From a virus (lineage: Duplodnaviria > Caudoviricetes): a DNA stretch of 64,000 bases. Shown here piece after piece: positions 20,025 to 29,628 of the stretch. The position numbers and the translations under genes are program-made. A model generated the notes under the pieces. It saw nothing but the letters and a program-made list of their open reading frames with translations. It was not told where the DNA came from and did no database searches. Numbering within the stretch: position 1 is the stretch's first letter; each line of letters begins with the position of its first letter. Location: the IMG/VR virus record IMGVR_UViG_2522572099_000001, positions 1-64,000 of that record. One strand, 5' to 3'.

Positions 20025-20443
20025 TCAACATCGCCATGCCGCGTGACCTGGTCCGCCGCCGCAAGAATGCCGGCTATGCCGCTGTCTGCGCCGTCGGCTT
20101 CCCGGCCGATCCCTGTGTGTTTCGGCTCGCCACCGCGGAGAACGTCGAGGCCCACCTTGCCATGCTGCAGCCTGGCAGCTGGCAGGCCTTGCGGTTCGAG
20201 CGCCTGGTCTGGACGCCCGGCCTTGCCGTGGCGCGCACCATCGTCGTCGGCGTCGAACGCTTGCTGGCCAGCAGCGCTCTTGGCCATCACTGGTTTCGCT
20301 CGAGTCTCGAAGTCCTCGACATCGCCATCGCCGCCGAGGCGATGAGCCTCAAAGCCCAGACCTGGTCGCATGCCGAGTTGGTTGAGCGGCTGCGTGAGCA
20401 ATCCAACCGTCAGGCCGATCGTTTCGCGGAGGGCGTTTTCTAA
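20021..20443 (+). CDS. Degenerate GIY-YIG/T5orf172-like protein
   Basis: LAMLQPGS..L and HWF pattern; catalytic residues not evident. Confidence 0.45.
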   Translation: MINIAMPRDLVRRRKNAGYAAVCAVGFPADPCVFRLATAENVEAHLAMLQPGSWQALRFERLVWTPGLAVARTIVVGVERLLASSALGHHWFRSSLEVLDIAIAAEAMSLKAQTWSHAELVERLREQSNRQADRFAEGVF

Positions 20444-20444
20444 A

Positions 20445-20765
20445 ATGTTCCCGACCGCCGATCAGATTGCGCTGGCGCTCGTCGTGGCCTGCCGGCTGAG
20501 CGCAACGAACCCGATCCTGACCGCGCTTGGCCAGGTTTCGCATCGGGAGGCGCGCGGCCGGCATCTGGCTTTCGCGGCACTCATCGAGGCGTTCCCCGAG
20601 GCGCGCAAAATCGGCATCGCCAGATGCTGCGGATACGGCAAAGGCATGGCCTCGGCCATGGGCAATATCCCGACCTATCGCAAGGCGACCTGGTGGCGTG
20701 AGGACTGGATCGACGAAATCGTCGGTCTCCTCGTCGCCGAGCAATATGGCGAGCAGGCCGCGTAA
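20445..20765 (+). CDS. Hypothetical HTH protein
   Basis: ARGRHLA..IGIARCCG pattern resembling a DnaA C-terminal domain. Confidence 0.55.
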   Translation: MFPTADQIALALVVACRLSATNPILTALGQVSHREARGRHLAFAALIEAFPEARKIGIARCCGYGKGMASAMGNIPTYRKATWWREDWIDEIVGLLVAEQYGEQAA

Positions 20766-20803
20766 CTGTTTTCAAGCTTACCAACCACAAGGAACCGTCT
20801 CGC

Positions 20804-21151
20804 ATGAACGCAATCGCAGCCGACCTCGCCCATGCCGTCGACAACGAGCTCAACGTCGTTGCCTTCAAGCCGATGGACCCCGAGACCGAACTGGATCGGC
20901 TCGCAAAGGCGCATCGTCTCGGCGTCGCCAAATATGATCAACGCATCTCCGACACCCGCAAGCAGATGAAGGCCGATGTCGCCAAACTGGAGGCTGACCG
21001 CGATGCGGAAAAACTTCGGCATGAAGCCGAGATGGCGGTCCTCGCCGGGCGCATCGGTGAAATCAGGGACAAGGCCAACAACGACATGGCGGCCGATCGC
21101 AAGCTGTCTGCGTCCTGCCGCGCAGCGCTTGATGCCCTGGTGCGCGAATGA
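20804..21151 (+). CDS. Coiled-coil hypothetical protein
   Basis: RBS AAGGA. Confidence 0.65.
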   Translation: MNAIAADLAHAVDNELNVVAFKPMDPETELDRLAKAHRLGVAKYDQRISDTRKQMKADVAKLEADRDAEKLRHEAEMAVLAGRIGEIRDKANNDMAADRKLSASCRAALDALVRE

Positions 21152-21462
21152 TCCGCGCCGGGCTAATCCTCACGCTCATCGCTTTGCCGGCGGTGGCCCA
21201 TGACGCTCCGCCGAGCGCCGCCATGCCGAAAGGTTGGACATTTGCGTCGCGCTGCTGCGGCAACGGCGATTGCTACCCCGTCCAGACCGACGCCATTCGC
21301 GAAAGGCCGGACGGCTATCATATCCTGTCGACCGGCGAGGTGATCCCCTACCAGTCGACGAAGGTCCTGCCGTCGCCCGACGGCCTGCCATATCGCTGCT
21401 CGACGGCCGGCAGCGTGCAGGGCGTCACCTATTGCATCTATGTGCCGAAAGGCGGCGTGTGA
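21148..21462 (+). CDS. Small secreted Cys-rich protein
   Basis: Signal peptide ending AVA-H; CC..DC..C..C. Confidence 0.7.
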   Translation: MIRAGLILTLIALPAVAHDAPPSAAMPKGWTFASRCCGNGDCYPVQTDAIRERPDGYHILSTGEVIPYQSTKVLPSPDGLPYRCSTAGSVQGVTYCIYVPKGGV

Positions 21463-22592
21463 TGTCGCTTGTCCGCTACGACGCCGCCTGCCTCGCCCTG
21501 GCCAATGCCAAGACCATCGACGAGGTGAAGGACTTTGCCGACAAAGCCGAGGCGATGCGCGCCTATGCCAGGCAAGCGAAGAACCACCAGATGGAGGTCG
21601 ACGCGGCCGAAATCCGCATCCGCGCCGAGCGGCGGCTGGGCGAACTGATCGTCGCGCAGAAGACCACGATCGGCCTCAATCCTGGCGGCCGGCCAAAAAC
21701 CAGTGCCTCGGCGGAACGGCTTCCAGAACAGCCAACCCTTTCCGATGTCGGCGTCGATCGCAAGATGTCGTCGCGGGCGCAAAAAATGGCTGCTGTTCCC
21801 GAAGGCGAGTTCGAAGCCATGGTCGGCGACTGGCGCCAGCGCATCGAGATCGAGAACGAGCGCGTCACCGTCAACCTGCTCAAGGCCGGCGAAAAGCGGC
21901 TTTCGCGCGACCAGCGTGAGGCCGAGCTTGCAGCCAGGCAGCTGGCGCTGCCGACCGCGAAATTCGGCCTGATCGTGGCCGATCCCGAGTGGCAGTTCGA
22001 GCCCTACAGCCGCGTCACCGGCATGGATCGCGCCGCCGACAACCATTATCCGACGTCGAACCTCGACACGATCATGGCGCGCGACGTCGCCTCGATCGCG
22101 GCCGACGACTGCATCCTGTTCCTGTGGGCCACGGCGCCGATGCTGATTGAGGCGATCTGCGTGCTCGACGCGTGGGGCTTCGCCGTGCTCGAGCGTGACG
22201 CCGAGGTCGGCAACCTGCGGCCGGTCAAGGCCGAGGCGCGCTATGTGACGTCGTTCGCCTGGCTCAAGGAGCGGATAATCACCGGCTACTGGAACCGGGG
22301 CAAGCACGAGATCCTGCTCGTGGCGACGCGCGGCCATCCCGTGGCGCCGGACATGCACGATCCGAAACTGCCGTCCTGGTTCGAGGGCGAGGCAATCCAG
22401 GCGCCGAGCGGCGAGCATTCGGCCAAGCCGGAACTGTTCCTGGAGTGGATCGACAAGCTTTGGCCCAACACGCCCAAGATCGAGCTTAACCGGCGCGGCC
22501 CGGCCCGGCCAAATTGGGAGGCCTGGGGGAATCAGGCCGATCTGCCGCCGCACGATCCGGTGACGGGTGAACTCATCGACGGTGTCTCGTGA
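21462..22592 (+). CDS. MT-A70 family adenine methyltransferase with N-terminal extension
   Basis: IVADPEW, HYPT, LFLWAT, HE.LLVATRG, HSAKP and IELN.R motifs. Confidence 0.9.
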   Translation: MSLVRYDAACLALANAKTIDEVKDFADKAEAMRAYARQAKNHQMEVDAAEIRIRAERRLGELIVAQKTTIGLNPGGRPKTSASAERLPEQPTLSDVGVDRKMSSRAQKMAAVPEGEFEAMVGDWRQRIEIENERVTVNLLKAGEKRLSRDQREAELAARQLALPTAKFGLIVADPEWQFEPYSRVTGMDRAADNHYPTSNLDTIMARDVASIAADDCILFLWATAPMLIEAICVLDAWGFAVLERDAEVGNLRPVKAEARYVTSFAWLKERIITGYWNRGKHEILLVATRGHPVAPDMHDPKLPSWFEGEAIQAPSGEHSAKPELFLEWIDKLWPNTPKIELNRRGPARPNWEAWGNQADLPPHDPVTGELIDGVS

Positions 22593-23331
22593 TCGACACC
22601 CGGGCAAAGCTCGACATGGTGCGCGCCATCCTGCTCGCTAAAATCGCATGGCTCGACAGTTTCTCGGCTGGGCGCAGCAAGCGACCCGATCATGAAATCG
22701 CGGCACGGCGGCAAGAGGTGCTCGTCCTTCGCGCGATCGCCGAGGATTATGAGGGGAAGGCATGAATTGCTTCAACGGTTTCACCGTTCCCGTTGTGGGC
22801 GGTCATCACGCCATGCTGCGCTTCGCCGAGGACGGCCAGGCCGAGCCGGTCCTTGGTCCAAGCGGCAAGCCCAAGCTGTTCCCGAGCGAACTGGAGGCGC
22901 AGCGCGCGGTGGTGGAACACCTTCTGAAATACTTCAACGGACGGTTTCGCCGCGAAGGCGCCGTCTTGCCGAGCAACCAATCCGAGATAGCCCGCGTTTT
23001 CCGCAAGGGACGTATGATCCCGGTGGAGCACAGATAGGTGGCAATTTCCGGATCCAGGCTGAGAGGCTTTCGCGAAGGCTGGGCGCTCAAGGCGTTCAAT
23101 GTCGGCAAGGCGCACTATTTTCGCCGCAAGGACATGGGCCTTGTCGCCTCGCTTTGCGGCAGCCAGGACGCGCCGGCCGGATGGCTCTACGATGCAGGAT
23201 CCGGGGAGCGCTGCGAGCGGTGCGTGAAATTGCGGGGAGCCGAGATCGCGAAAGCGGTGCCAGCCGCCAGAGAGACTGGCCAGGACGAGCGTGGCGACCA
23301 TTGGATGAGTGATGGGAAGGCCAGCGACTGA
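22589..23331 (+). CDS. Three small hypothetical ORFs (22589-22765, 22762-23037, 23038-23331)
   Basis: Coupled starts and stops. Confidence 0.55.
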
Positions 23332-23356
23332 CGCGCGCTGGCGGGCTTCTAAATCG

Positions 23357-24115
23357 TCAATGCCGGCTGATCAGCGAAGCGATCTTCGTCAGCCCTTTCG
23401 GTGTGACGCGCACCTGCTCGATCATCTTCTCGGAGCCGTCCGCGCGCGGAACCGCCGTCACCTTGTGCTCGAGGTAGCCGGCGATCACCTTGGACTCGTA
23501 GCCGAGATAGTTCGATGAGCCGCGCCGCTTGAAGATCCAGCCATTGCGCAGCAGTCTGGCGAAGAACTCCTTCGGCTGCATCTGGAGGGCTTTGGCAGCA
23601 TCGGTGATGCAGAGCGAGCCGTCGGCCGCGGCAATGCGCTGAAGCGCGTCATGCGACGGGCGGAGTTGGGCGACTTCCTTCTGGAGCTCCAACGCCTTGT
23701 CGGCATACGAGGCCAGTAAGCCGCGAAGCGTGGCCGGGTCGTTTAGGTCCACGGGCGGAGCGGCTTTCTTGAGAGCCGCATCCATTTGATCGAAGGCATC
23801 CATATAGGCCAGCTTGAAGTCGAGCGCCTTCGGACCGGTGAACCCCATCCCCAAAAGCGTGAAGCCTTGCCGCGTCATATCGAAGTAGCGGTGCTGCTGC
23901 TGGCGGGTCTCCGGAAGGGTGTAGACCCCCTGCGCAAAATGGAGCAGGGCCAGGCTGGGCTTCTGTTCGATGAGATTGTCGATCGCGCGGATCACGTCGC
24001 GGTGGTTCTTTTCGAAGTAAGCCGCCACGTCGCGGCTCGTCGCGAAGACCTCGCCATTGCGCGCGAACACGACCGGCGTCGCTTCATTGACGTAACTGAC
24101 CGCCGCTTGTGTCAT
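23357..24115 (-). CDS. Rha-N / KilAC(ANT)-C phage antirepressor
   Basis: TSRDVAAYFEKNH..GFTLLGMGFTG..K..Y; ITDAAKAL..VTPKGL. Confidence 0.9.
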   Translation of the reverse strand: MTQAAVSYVNEATPVVFARNGEVFATSRDVAAYFEKNHRDVIRAIDNLIEQKPSLALLHFAQGVYTLPETRQQQHRYFDMTRQGFTLLGMGFTGPKALDFKLAYMDAFDQMDAALKKAAPPVDLNDPATLRGLLASYADKALELQKEVAQLRPSHDALQRIAAADGSLCITDAAKALQMQPKEFFARLLRNGWIFKRRGSSNYLGYESKVIAGYLEHKVTAVPRADGSEKMIEQVRVTPKGLTKIASLISRH

Positions 24116-24624
24116 GGCGCATGCACCTCGACAAAATGGATATTGCCCGGAAGCGCGCAGGTGAGCCGGGGTGCGACGGCAATTCCCATCTCCGCGCCGT
24201 AGACGGCCATGTAGCGCTGAAGCTGCTTCGTCGCCCTATCGTCGAAGGCGACTAGCTTGACCTCGACCGGGCACTTCCGCATCTTCCATTCAACGAATCC
24301 ATCAGGGATGTTCCTGCGGTTGCATTCCACGGTCGTCTGCCGCGCGCCAGGAAGGTAGCGCACCAAATTTTTGTAGAACTCGCCTCGGATGTCGGATTCC
24401 TGGACCTTGGCATCATTAATGCTTTTCATGATGAGCAAAGCGACACCCTCTCTCAGGTGTGACAGGAGAAAGGTTGCATCGATGCCCTTCAACAATTCCC
24501 TGGCCTTTGTTGGCTCGTACATGGCCATGCGAGCTATCTCATCGAGTTGAAGCGCCTCACGGCAGACTCGCGCCGCGTGAGCCGCCAATTGGAGATCGCT
24601 AAGGTGCGCCTGTTCCTCTCGCAT
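24112..24624 (-). CDS. PD-(D/E)xK nuclease-fold protein
   Basis: IPDG..VEVK..QLQRY..GIAVAP motifs. Confidence 0.7.
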   Translation of the reverse strand: MREEQAHLSDLQLAAHAARVCREALQLDEIARMAMYEPTKARELLKGIDATFLLSHLREGVALLIMKSINDAKVQESDIRGEFYKNLVRYLPGARQTTVECNRRNIPDGFVEWKMRKCPVEVKLVAFDDRATKQLQRYMAVYGAEMGIAVAPRLTCALPGNIHFVEVHAP

Positions 24625-24670
24625 CGTCGTTGCTCCGGTCGACTCGTTGGTAACCAGGAAAGTGTATGAT

Positions 24671-24687
24671 GTAACCAATTTGGTTGC
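24671..24687 (-). promoter_or_regulatory. Operator within a TTGCAA-N17-TACACT promoter of the nuclease-antirepressor operon
   Basis: GTAACCAATTTGGTTGC plus a half-site near 24650. Confidence 0.8.
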
Positions 24688-24700
24688 AAAATATTTGGCA

Positions 24701-24736
24701 TGAAAACGCCCGCCGCGAGGACCAGTCGCGGCGGGC
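24701..24736 (-). terminator. Intrinsic terminator of the parB operon
   Basis: 11-bp stem GCCCGCCGCGA/TCGCGGCGGGC followed by GTTTTCA on the minus strand. Confidence 0.7.
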
Positions 24737-24737
24737 A

Positions 24738-24765
24738 CCTCGGCCCCACGGAGAAAAGGCCGAGG
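24738..24765 (-). ncRNA. Candidate 3'-UTR sRNA hairpin with an anti-SAS loop (UUUUCUCCGUGG)
   Basis: 8-bp stem; 12-nt loop complementary to CCACGGAGA. Confidence 0.5.
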
Positions 24766-24772
24766 CTGTTCG

Positions 24773-25642
24773 CTACATCAGCATCGTGCGGGCATGTGCC
24801 TGGCGCAGTTGGGATTCCATCGTGCGGATGGTCCGCGATGCTGCCGCCAGCGTGTCGGCCCATTTGTCGGCCCGGGTTGGGTCGACGGATTTCAGCGCCA
24901 CGCACTCCCCGTCCTTGAAACCGGCCGCGATCGCCGTGACGATCCGCTCGACGGTGCGCTCCATCCTGCTCATGGCGGCGATGTCGTCCTTCGACGGTTC
25001 GGGTCGATCGTCGAACATGCCACCCTGCTCGATGCGGTCGCGCACGGCTTGCGCCGCCGCCTTGACGCCCGACCAGTCTTTCAGCTTGCCGCTGGTGAAC
25101 AGCTTCACAATTGCCATCTGCTCATGCTTCGGCAGGTCGACCAGATAGTTCGCGTGCCCGAGTGGGAACTGGTTGGCGTCGACCAGGCTCTGGATGGTCT
25201 CGTCCAGATTGAGCAGCGCCGTGCGGTCGGCGATCCGCCGCGGCTGAACGCCGAGATCCTTCGCCAGTTTCTCCACGGTCCAGCCCATGTCGAGCATCGC
25301 CTTGAACGCGCGCGCCTCCTCGACAGCACGCAGATCGGCGCGCTGCAGGTTCTCAATGATCGCTTTCAGCGCCATCTCGTCGTCGCTCATGTCCTCGACC
25401 TCGCAGAGGATGGTCGGCGTCTTGCCGAGCGCGCCGTCGTCCGCAAGCAGGCAATGGGCCCGCCAGCGGCGCTCGCCGCCGACGATGATGAAATGCTCGC
25501 CGGCTGGCCTGACCGTGATGGCCTGCATGAGGCCGCGCTCGCGGATGGAATCGGCCAACTCGCGCAGCGCCTTGACCTCAAAGAGTTTCCTTGGCTGCCC
25601 CGGATTCGGGATGACCTGGGTGAGGGGGATGCGCTTTTTCAT
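24773..25642 (-). CDS. ParB/RepB/Spo0J family protein (no ParA seen)
   Basis: PNPGQPRK, GERRWRA and ENLQRADL motifs; HTH. Confidence 0.92.
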   Translation of the reverse strand: MKKRIPLTQVIPNPGQPRKLFEVKALRELADSIRERGLMQAITVRPAGEHFIIVGGERRWRAHCLLADDGALGKTPTILCEVEDMSDDEMALKAIIENLQRADLRAVEEARAFKAMLDMGWTVEKLAKDLGVQPRRIADRTALLNLDETIQSLVDANQFPLGHANYLVDLPKHEQMAIVKLFTSGKLKDWSGVKAAAQAVRDRIEQGGMFDDRPEPSKDDIAAMSRMERTVERIVTAIAAGFKDGECVALKSVDPTRADKWADTLAAASRTIRTMESQLRQAHARTMLM

Positions 25643-27342
25643 GACCGGCCCTCCGCTTTGGCAATGGCAGCGTCAATCGTTGCCTCGATGTCGGCTATGA
25701 TATGCATTTCCGCGTTGTCGCTGTCGGCGTCATGATAACTGCCAATCTTGCCGGCAACTGTGATGAGTGCCGACAGCAGATCGGGCCGCGCCTGTTCGCG
25801 CGGGATTGCCGCGCGCAGTCCGGCGAGGATGTCTCCAATGCCTTCCTGCGTCTCGTCGTCTTCAAAGCCGCTGATGAAGGACTCTGCCTGAGTCAGCGCG
25901 TCGACGGTATCGCTGGCGTGGTCTGCGACCGGTGAATCGGCGGCCACCATTTCGTCGGTATGCCAGCCGTCGTTGGTCGCGGCCATTGCTTCGCCAAGAT
26001 CACCTCCGTAGACGTCCTTGAAATCGTCTAACGTGGTGGCGAGCGTCCCGGCGTTCTCGAATGCGTAATCCCACAAGTGGGAGTCGCGCTCCTCCTCGCT
26101 CGCGAATAGGTGAAGCTCGCAAGCCCGGTCATTGTCGATTGCCAGCGCAAAGCAGCTGCTGACGATGACGGGCGCTGGCGGCTTCGGATCATATTCGCTC
26201 GGCAGGCTGTGCCCCGCCCAATCGCCGAGCTCCTCGCCGGTGTCGTCGTCGGAGGCGTCGATCACGGCCAGATCCTGGCCGCTGTCGGTGGTCGTTTCCT
26301 TGATGTCGATGTGCTCGCCGATATAGTCGGCGGTGAGGAGCTTCATGCCCTCCTCTACCGTCTCGGCCTTGACCACGACGTTCCCGTAGCAGCGGAGGTT
26401 TACGCCCATGTGGAAGTTGATGTTACGCATTGGCCTGGCCCTCCGCCTTCGCGATGGCCGCATGAAGCTTTGCCGCCAGCACCGCATAGGGCAGATGGGC
26501 GTTTTGAGGCGTGATGCTGTCGAGTGGCCAGCAACCGGCGATCTCTTTCAGAACAGCCAGCATGTCGGCGGTGACCGTCTCGACGTAAGCGACGGTGTCG
26601 CGCTGGTCCTGGTGACCGCGTTTGTCGGTCGTGCCGGCGAGGGAGCCGATCAGCCGAAGCTGGTCGACCAAGGCAGGCCCATGGGAAGGGCCGGTGACTG
26701 GCGGAAGAGGCCGTTGGCGGCTGTGCACCAACGCGACCAGGCGATCGAAATTCGCGTCCGGCATGCGGATCGCTTCGCCGACCGGGTCTGCCATGAAGGC
26801 TTCGACCTGGTCGCGATGTGAGGCGAGGGCCGATCCCCAATTGGCGTCGATCACGCCGGCGGTTAAGAGGTCGAGCTTATCGAGGCCAAGCAGGATACGA
26901 AGGGCATTATGGAAGCGGGCGGCGTTCATGCCAGTTCCCTTTCGATCTTGTCGGATAGAGGCTTGAGCACCTCGTTCCAGATCGCGTTGCAGATTTCGTT
27001 GTCGCTGTAGTCGGCCACGACGTCCCAGCCATCGTTGCCGTAGATCAGCTGGAACCAGCCCAACTTGTCGCCGGCAGCGTTGCGGATGACGATGCCGTCT
27101 TCGTCGGTCGACGCCAACGCGGCCATGATCTCGGCCTTGTCGGTCGACTTCCTCACCGGCCAGTCTTCCCCGTCGCTAACGGAGATCACATAGCCGCGCT
27201 TCAAGCAGCCATCCACCAGGGCGGTGCACATGCGGCGCTCGGCCTTCATGCGTCGAGCTAGCGCCGGGCTGTAGTTGCGGTGATCGTAGTCGGAGGCGTT
27301 CGCGATGGCTTGATCGAAGCCGGTCTTGATGGTCGTGGTCAT
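25639..27342 (-). CDS. Three hypothetical ORFs (25639-26430, 26423-26929, 26926-27342)
   Basis: Coupled; the first gene is preceded by TACCACGGAGA; ..AAIAKAEG phage motif. Confidence 0.65.
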
Positions 27343-27361
27343 GGTCTTCTCCGTGGTAGAG

Positions 27362-27529
27362 GAAATCGATGCCGCTCCGGCGGCTATGCTATGCCTGGCC
27401 CGTGCTCCCGAGCAGCTTTCGGCCGCCGGATGAATGAGCGAGAAGTCACCAATCGCCAGCCCGCATTCGTCGGGTTTGCCTGGCAAAGGCTGCAGCGGTG
27501 AAAGGAAGCGGCTTTCGGGCATCGATTTC
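27362..27529 (-). ncRNA. Structured 5' leader RNA (~170 nt)
   Basis: 12-bp closing stem GAAATCGATGCC/GGCATCGATTTC; inner 9-bp stem TCCGGCGGC/GCCGCCGGA. Confidence 0.55.
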
Positions 27530-27551
27530 GGTTTTTCCTAAGTACATCAAT

Positions 27552-27580
27552 AACTTAGTACGTAACCGAAATGGTTACAA
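27552..27580 (-). promoter_or_regulatory. Promoter TTGTAA-N17-TAAGTT with a perfect operator (27562-27578)
   Basis: Near-identical to the cassettes at 32244 and 35123. Confidence 0.85.
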
Positions 27581-27626
27581 GTGGTGCCAGGAATAAAAAG
27601 CCGAATATTTTCCGCTGCTTATGTCG

Positions 27627-28223
27627 TCAGAGAACCGGCTGGAACCGGCCCTTGAGGACTTCGGCGGAGATCGAGCGCTTGTCGTCGCCGCGCTGGATCT
27701 GCGCCTGGTCCGGATTCTCCGGATCGAAGCCGATCACCTTCCAGAGATTGCCGTCGCCGTCTGGCGCCTCGGCGCCGATATAGAGGGTGACGTCCAAGGG
27801 CTCCGGCTTGGCCTGCTTGCGATATTGCGCAGGCAGCTTCGGATGCTGCCACGCACAACCCTGGTCTTCCAGGCCATATTCAAACACCTCGATGCCGAGC
27901 TGTTCCTTGAGCCACACCGAGATGTAGGCGCGGTGGCAATATTTGTTGTCCGTCGGCGCCTCGTAGCATAGCAGCGCCGCGTCCTTGCCCGCCGAGAGGT
28001 CTTCGATCTTGGCCACCACCTTGCGGGCATCGAGGCGGGCCAGTCCGTCGAAATAGAGCTGCTTGTAATCGCGGTCGCTGGCGGTGGAAAACCAAGGTCC
28101 TGGTGCGAGTTCCGCCATCTTACGGAACCCTGCCGGATATCCGCGAGGCGTGCCCCTGGAAACCCCGATTTTTTGGATCGTGGTGGGTAGGGGATGGAAC
28201 CAGCTCGAAGTGAAAATGCGCAT
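27627..28223 (-). CDS. DUF488 family protein
   Basis: IFTSSWF..GVSRGTP..LAPG..LLCYE..CHR..WL motifs. Confidence 0.8.
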   Translation of the reverse strand: MRIFTSSWFHPLPTTIQKIGVSRGTPRGYPAGFRKMAELAPGPWFSTASDRDYKQLYFDGLARLDARKVVAKIEDLSAGKDAALLCYEAPTDNKYCHRAYISVWLKEQLGIEVFEYGLEDQGCAWQHPKLPAQYRKQAKPEPLDVTLYIGAEAPDGDGNLWKVIGFDPENPDQAQIQRGDDKRSISAEVLKGRFQPVL

Positions 28224-28330
28224 CTTGTGTCTCTTTCCGTGGTAAGGGTTTGGACAGGTCAAATCATAACTTTTGAGGACTTCCGCGGCAACCAAAATGA
28301 ACCCATGTGTTGCCGTTTTGGTGCGTTGCT

Positions 28331-29561
28331 CTAGCCGTACATCTGCATTACGTATGGGTTCTCTCTTGCGCTTCCGGGCGCGATTCCGTGGTAGGTATCG
28401 AGAGGAAGGCCGGCCAGGGGCAACCCGGTCGGCCTTTGAAATCTGCGGCGCGGCAGGCTTTCGAACGTGCGCTGCTCGGGCCAGTTCATCCAGATCGAAA
28501 TCGCCTCGAAGCTGAGCCAGCGCGGCAGGCTCTTGAAGTCGCCGGTCAGCGAGCGGCCGCAGAGAAAGCCGTTGCCGGCGAACTCCGGCCCGTCGGGGAA
28601 GAACCGAAACGTCGTCTTCGCCGCCTCGCCGGTGATCCACACATCGAGATCATGCGTGAGCTCGACCCGCTCGGGGAAGGCGCAGCGCAACATGCCGCCG
28701 ATGAACTCGTCGCCGAATTTGTGCGGCGTGGCGAGGTCGAAGACGCGTCTGAGGCGGGAATCGATCATTATAAAACGCATGGCATAAGGTTCCTTTCGTG
28801 GATCCGGTTTTCGATGACGGGCGCCTTCTCGGCTTCCCAGATTTCCAACCACCAGGACGCCAGCTCGGCGTGGTAGCGATGGTCTTGCGGCCGGCGCCGC
28901 GGCATCGTCACTTCCCGCTGGATCCAGTCGAGCCTGGCCTTGACTGTGGGGAGGTAGAGCATCATCCGGAAGGCGTCCGCGAGACGCATGTCGAGGGCAT
29001 AGTTGCTGGTCGGACCGAGCGGGGAGATGTCGCAATGCCACGACGACCAAGTGTCCAGCGCGTCGTTGATGCCGGCGGTCATGACACCGCCTTCATGCCG
29101 GGATGGAACGGCTGCTCGAAAGCCATCTTCGCGAAGGCCGCGCGGATTTCCTCCGTCACGATCTCCACCGTTGGCTGGTCGCCCTTGCCGAGATATTCTT
29201 TTGCCAGCGCGTCCGCCGCGCCGACTGGACCCATGGGGCCAAGCACGGGATGATCCTTCATCTGGAAGTCGCCGCGATCCCAACTCTCGGTGACGCGACG
29301 GCGGCCAATGACAAGCGCCCTCTCCATGGTCATGTCGACGAAGATGCGCATCCCGACGGGGGGGACGAAATTGGGCACGAATGCATCCTCGTGCCAGTCA
29401 GCGTGGCGGAGGAGGTCCTTGCCGTTCCGCGACTTCACACCGAAGGGGGTAACGCCGTCTCGGCTGTTCCAAATCCATTCGATCTCGCCGGCCTCACTGG
29501 TGTACTTCATCAACGAGTAGGCTTCGGCGCTTCTGCGGGTAACTTGGCGTGTGGTGGGCAT
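28331..29561 (-). CDS. Three hypothetical ORFs (28331-28780, 28768-29082, 29079-29561)
   Basis: Coupled; the first gene has a SAS and an operator; IWNSRDGVTPF motif. Confidence 0.65.
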
Positions 29562-29589
29562 TTCGTCGGTTCTCCGTGGTATGGTTGAA

Positions 29590-29618
29590 AACGTACAGTG
29601 TAACCAAAATGGTTACAA
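29590..29618 (-). promoter_or_regulatory. Promoter TTGTAA-N17-TACGTT with a perfect operator (29600-29616)
   Basis: GTAACCAAAATGGTTAC. Confidence 0.85.
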
Positions 29619-29628
29619 TAGGGTCAAG

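Noticed and set aside
27440-27500. GGCAAACC suggesting a c-di-GMP-I riboswitch
   Set aside because: The downstream GGGACGCAAAGC and the second stem are absent
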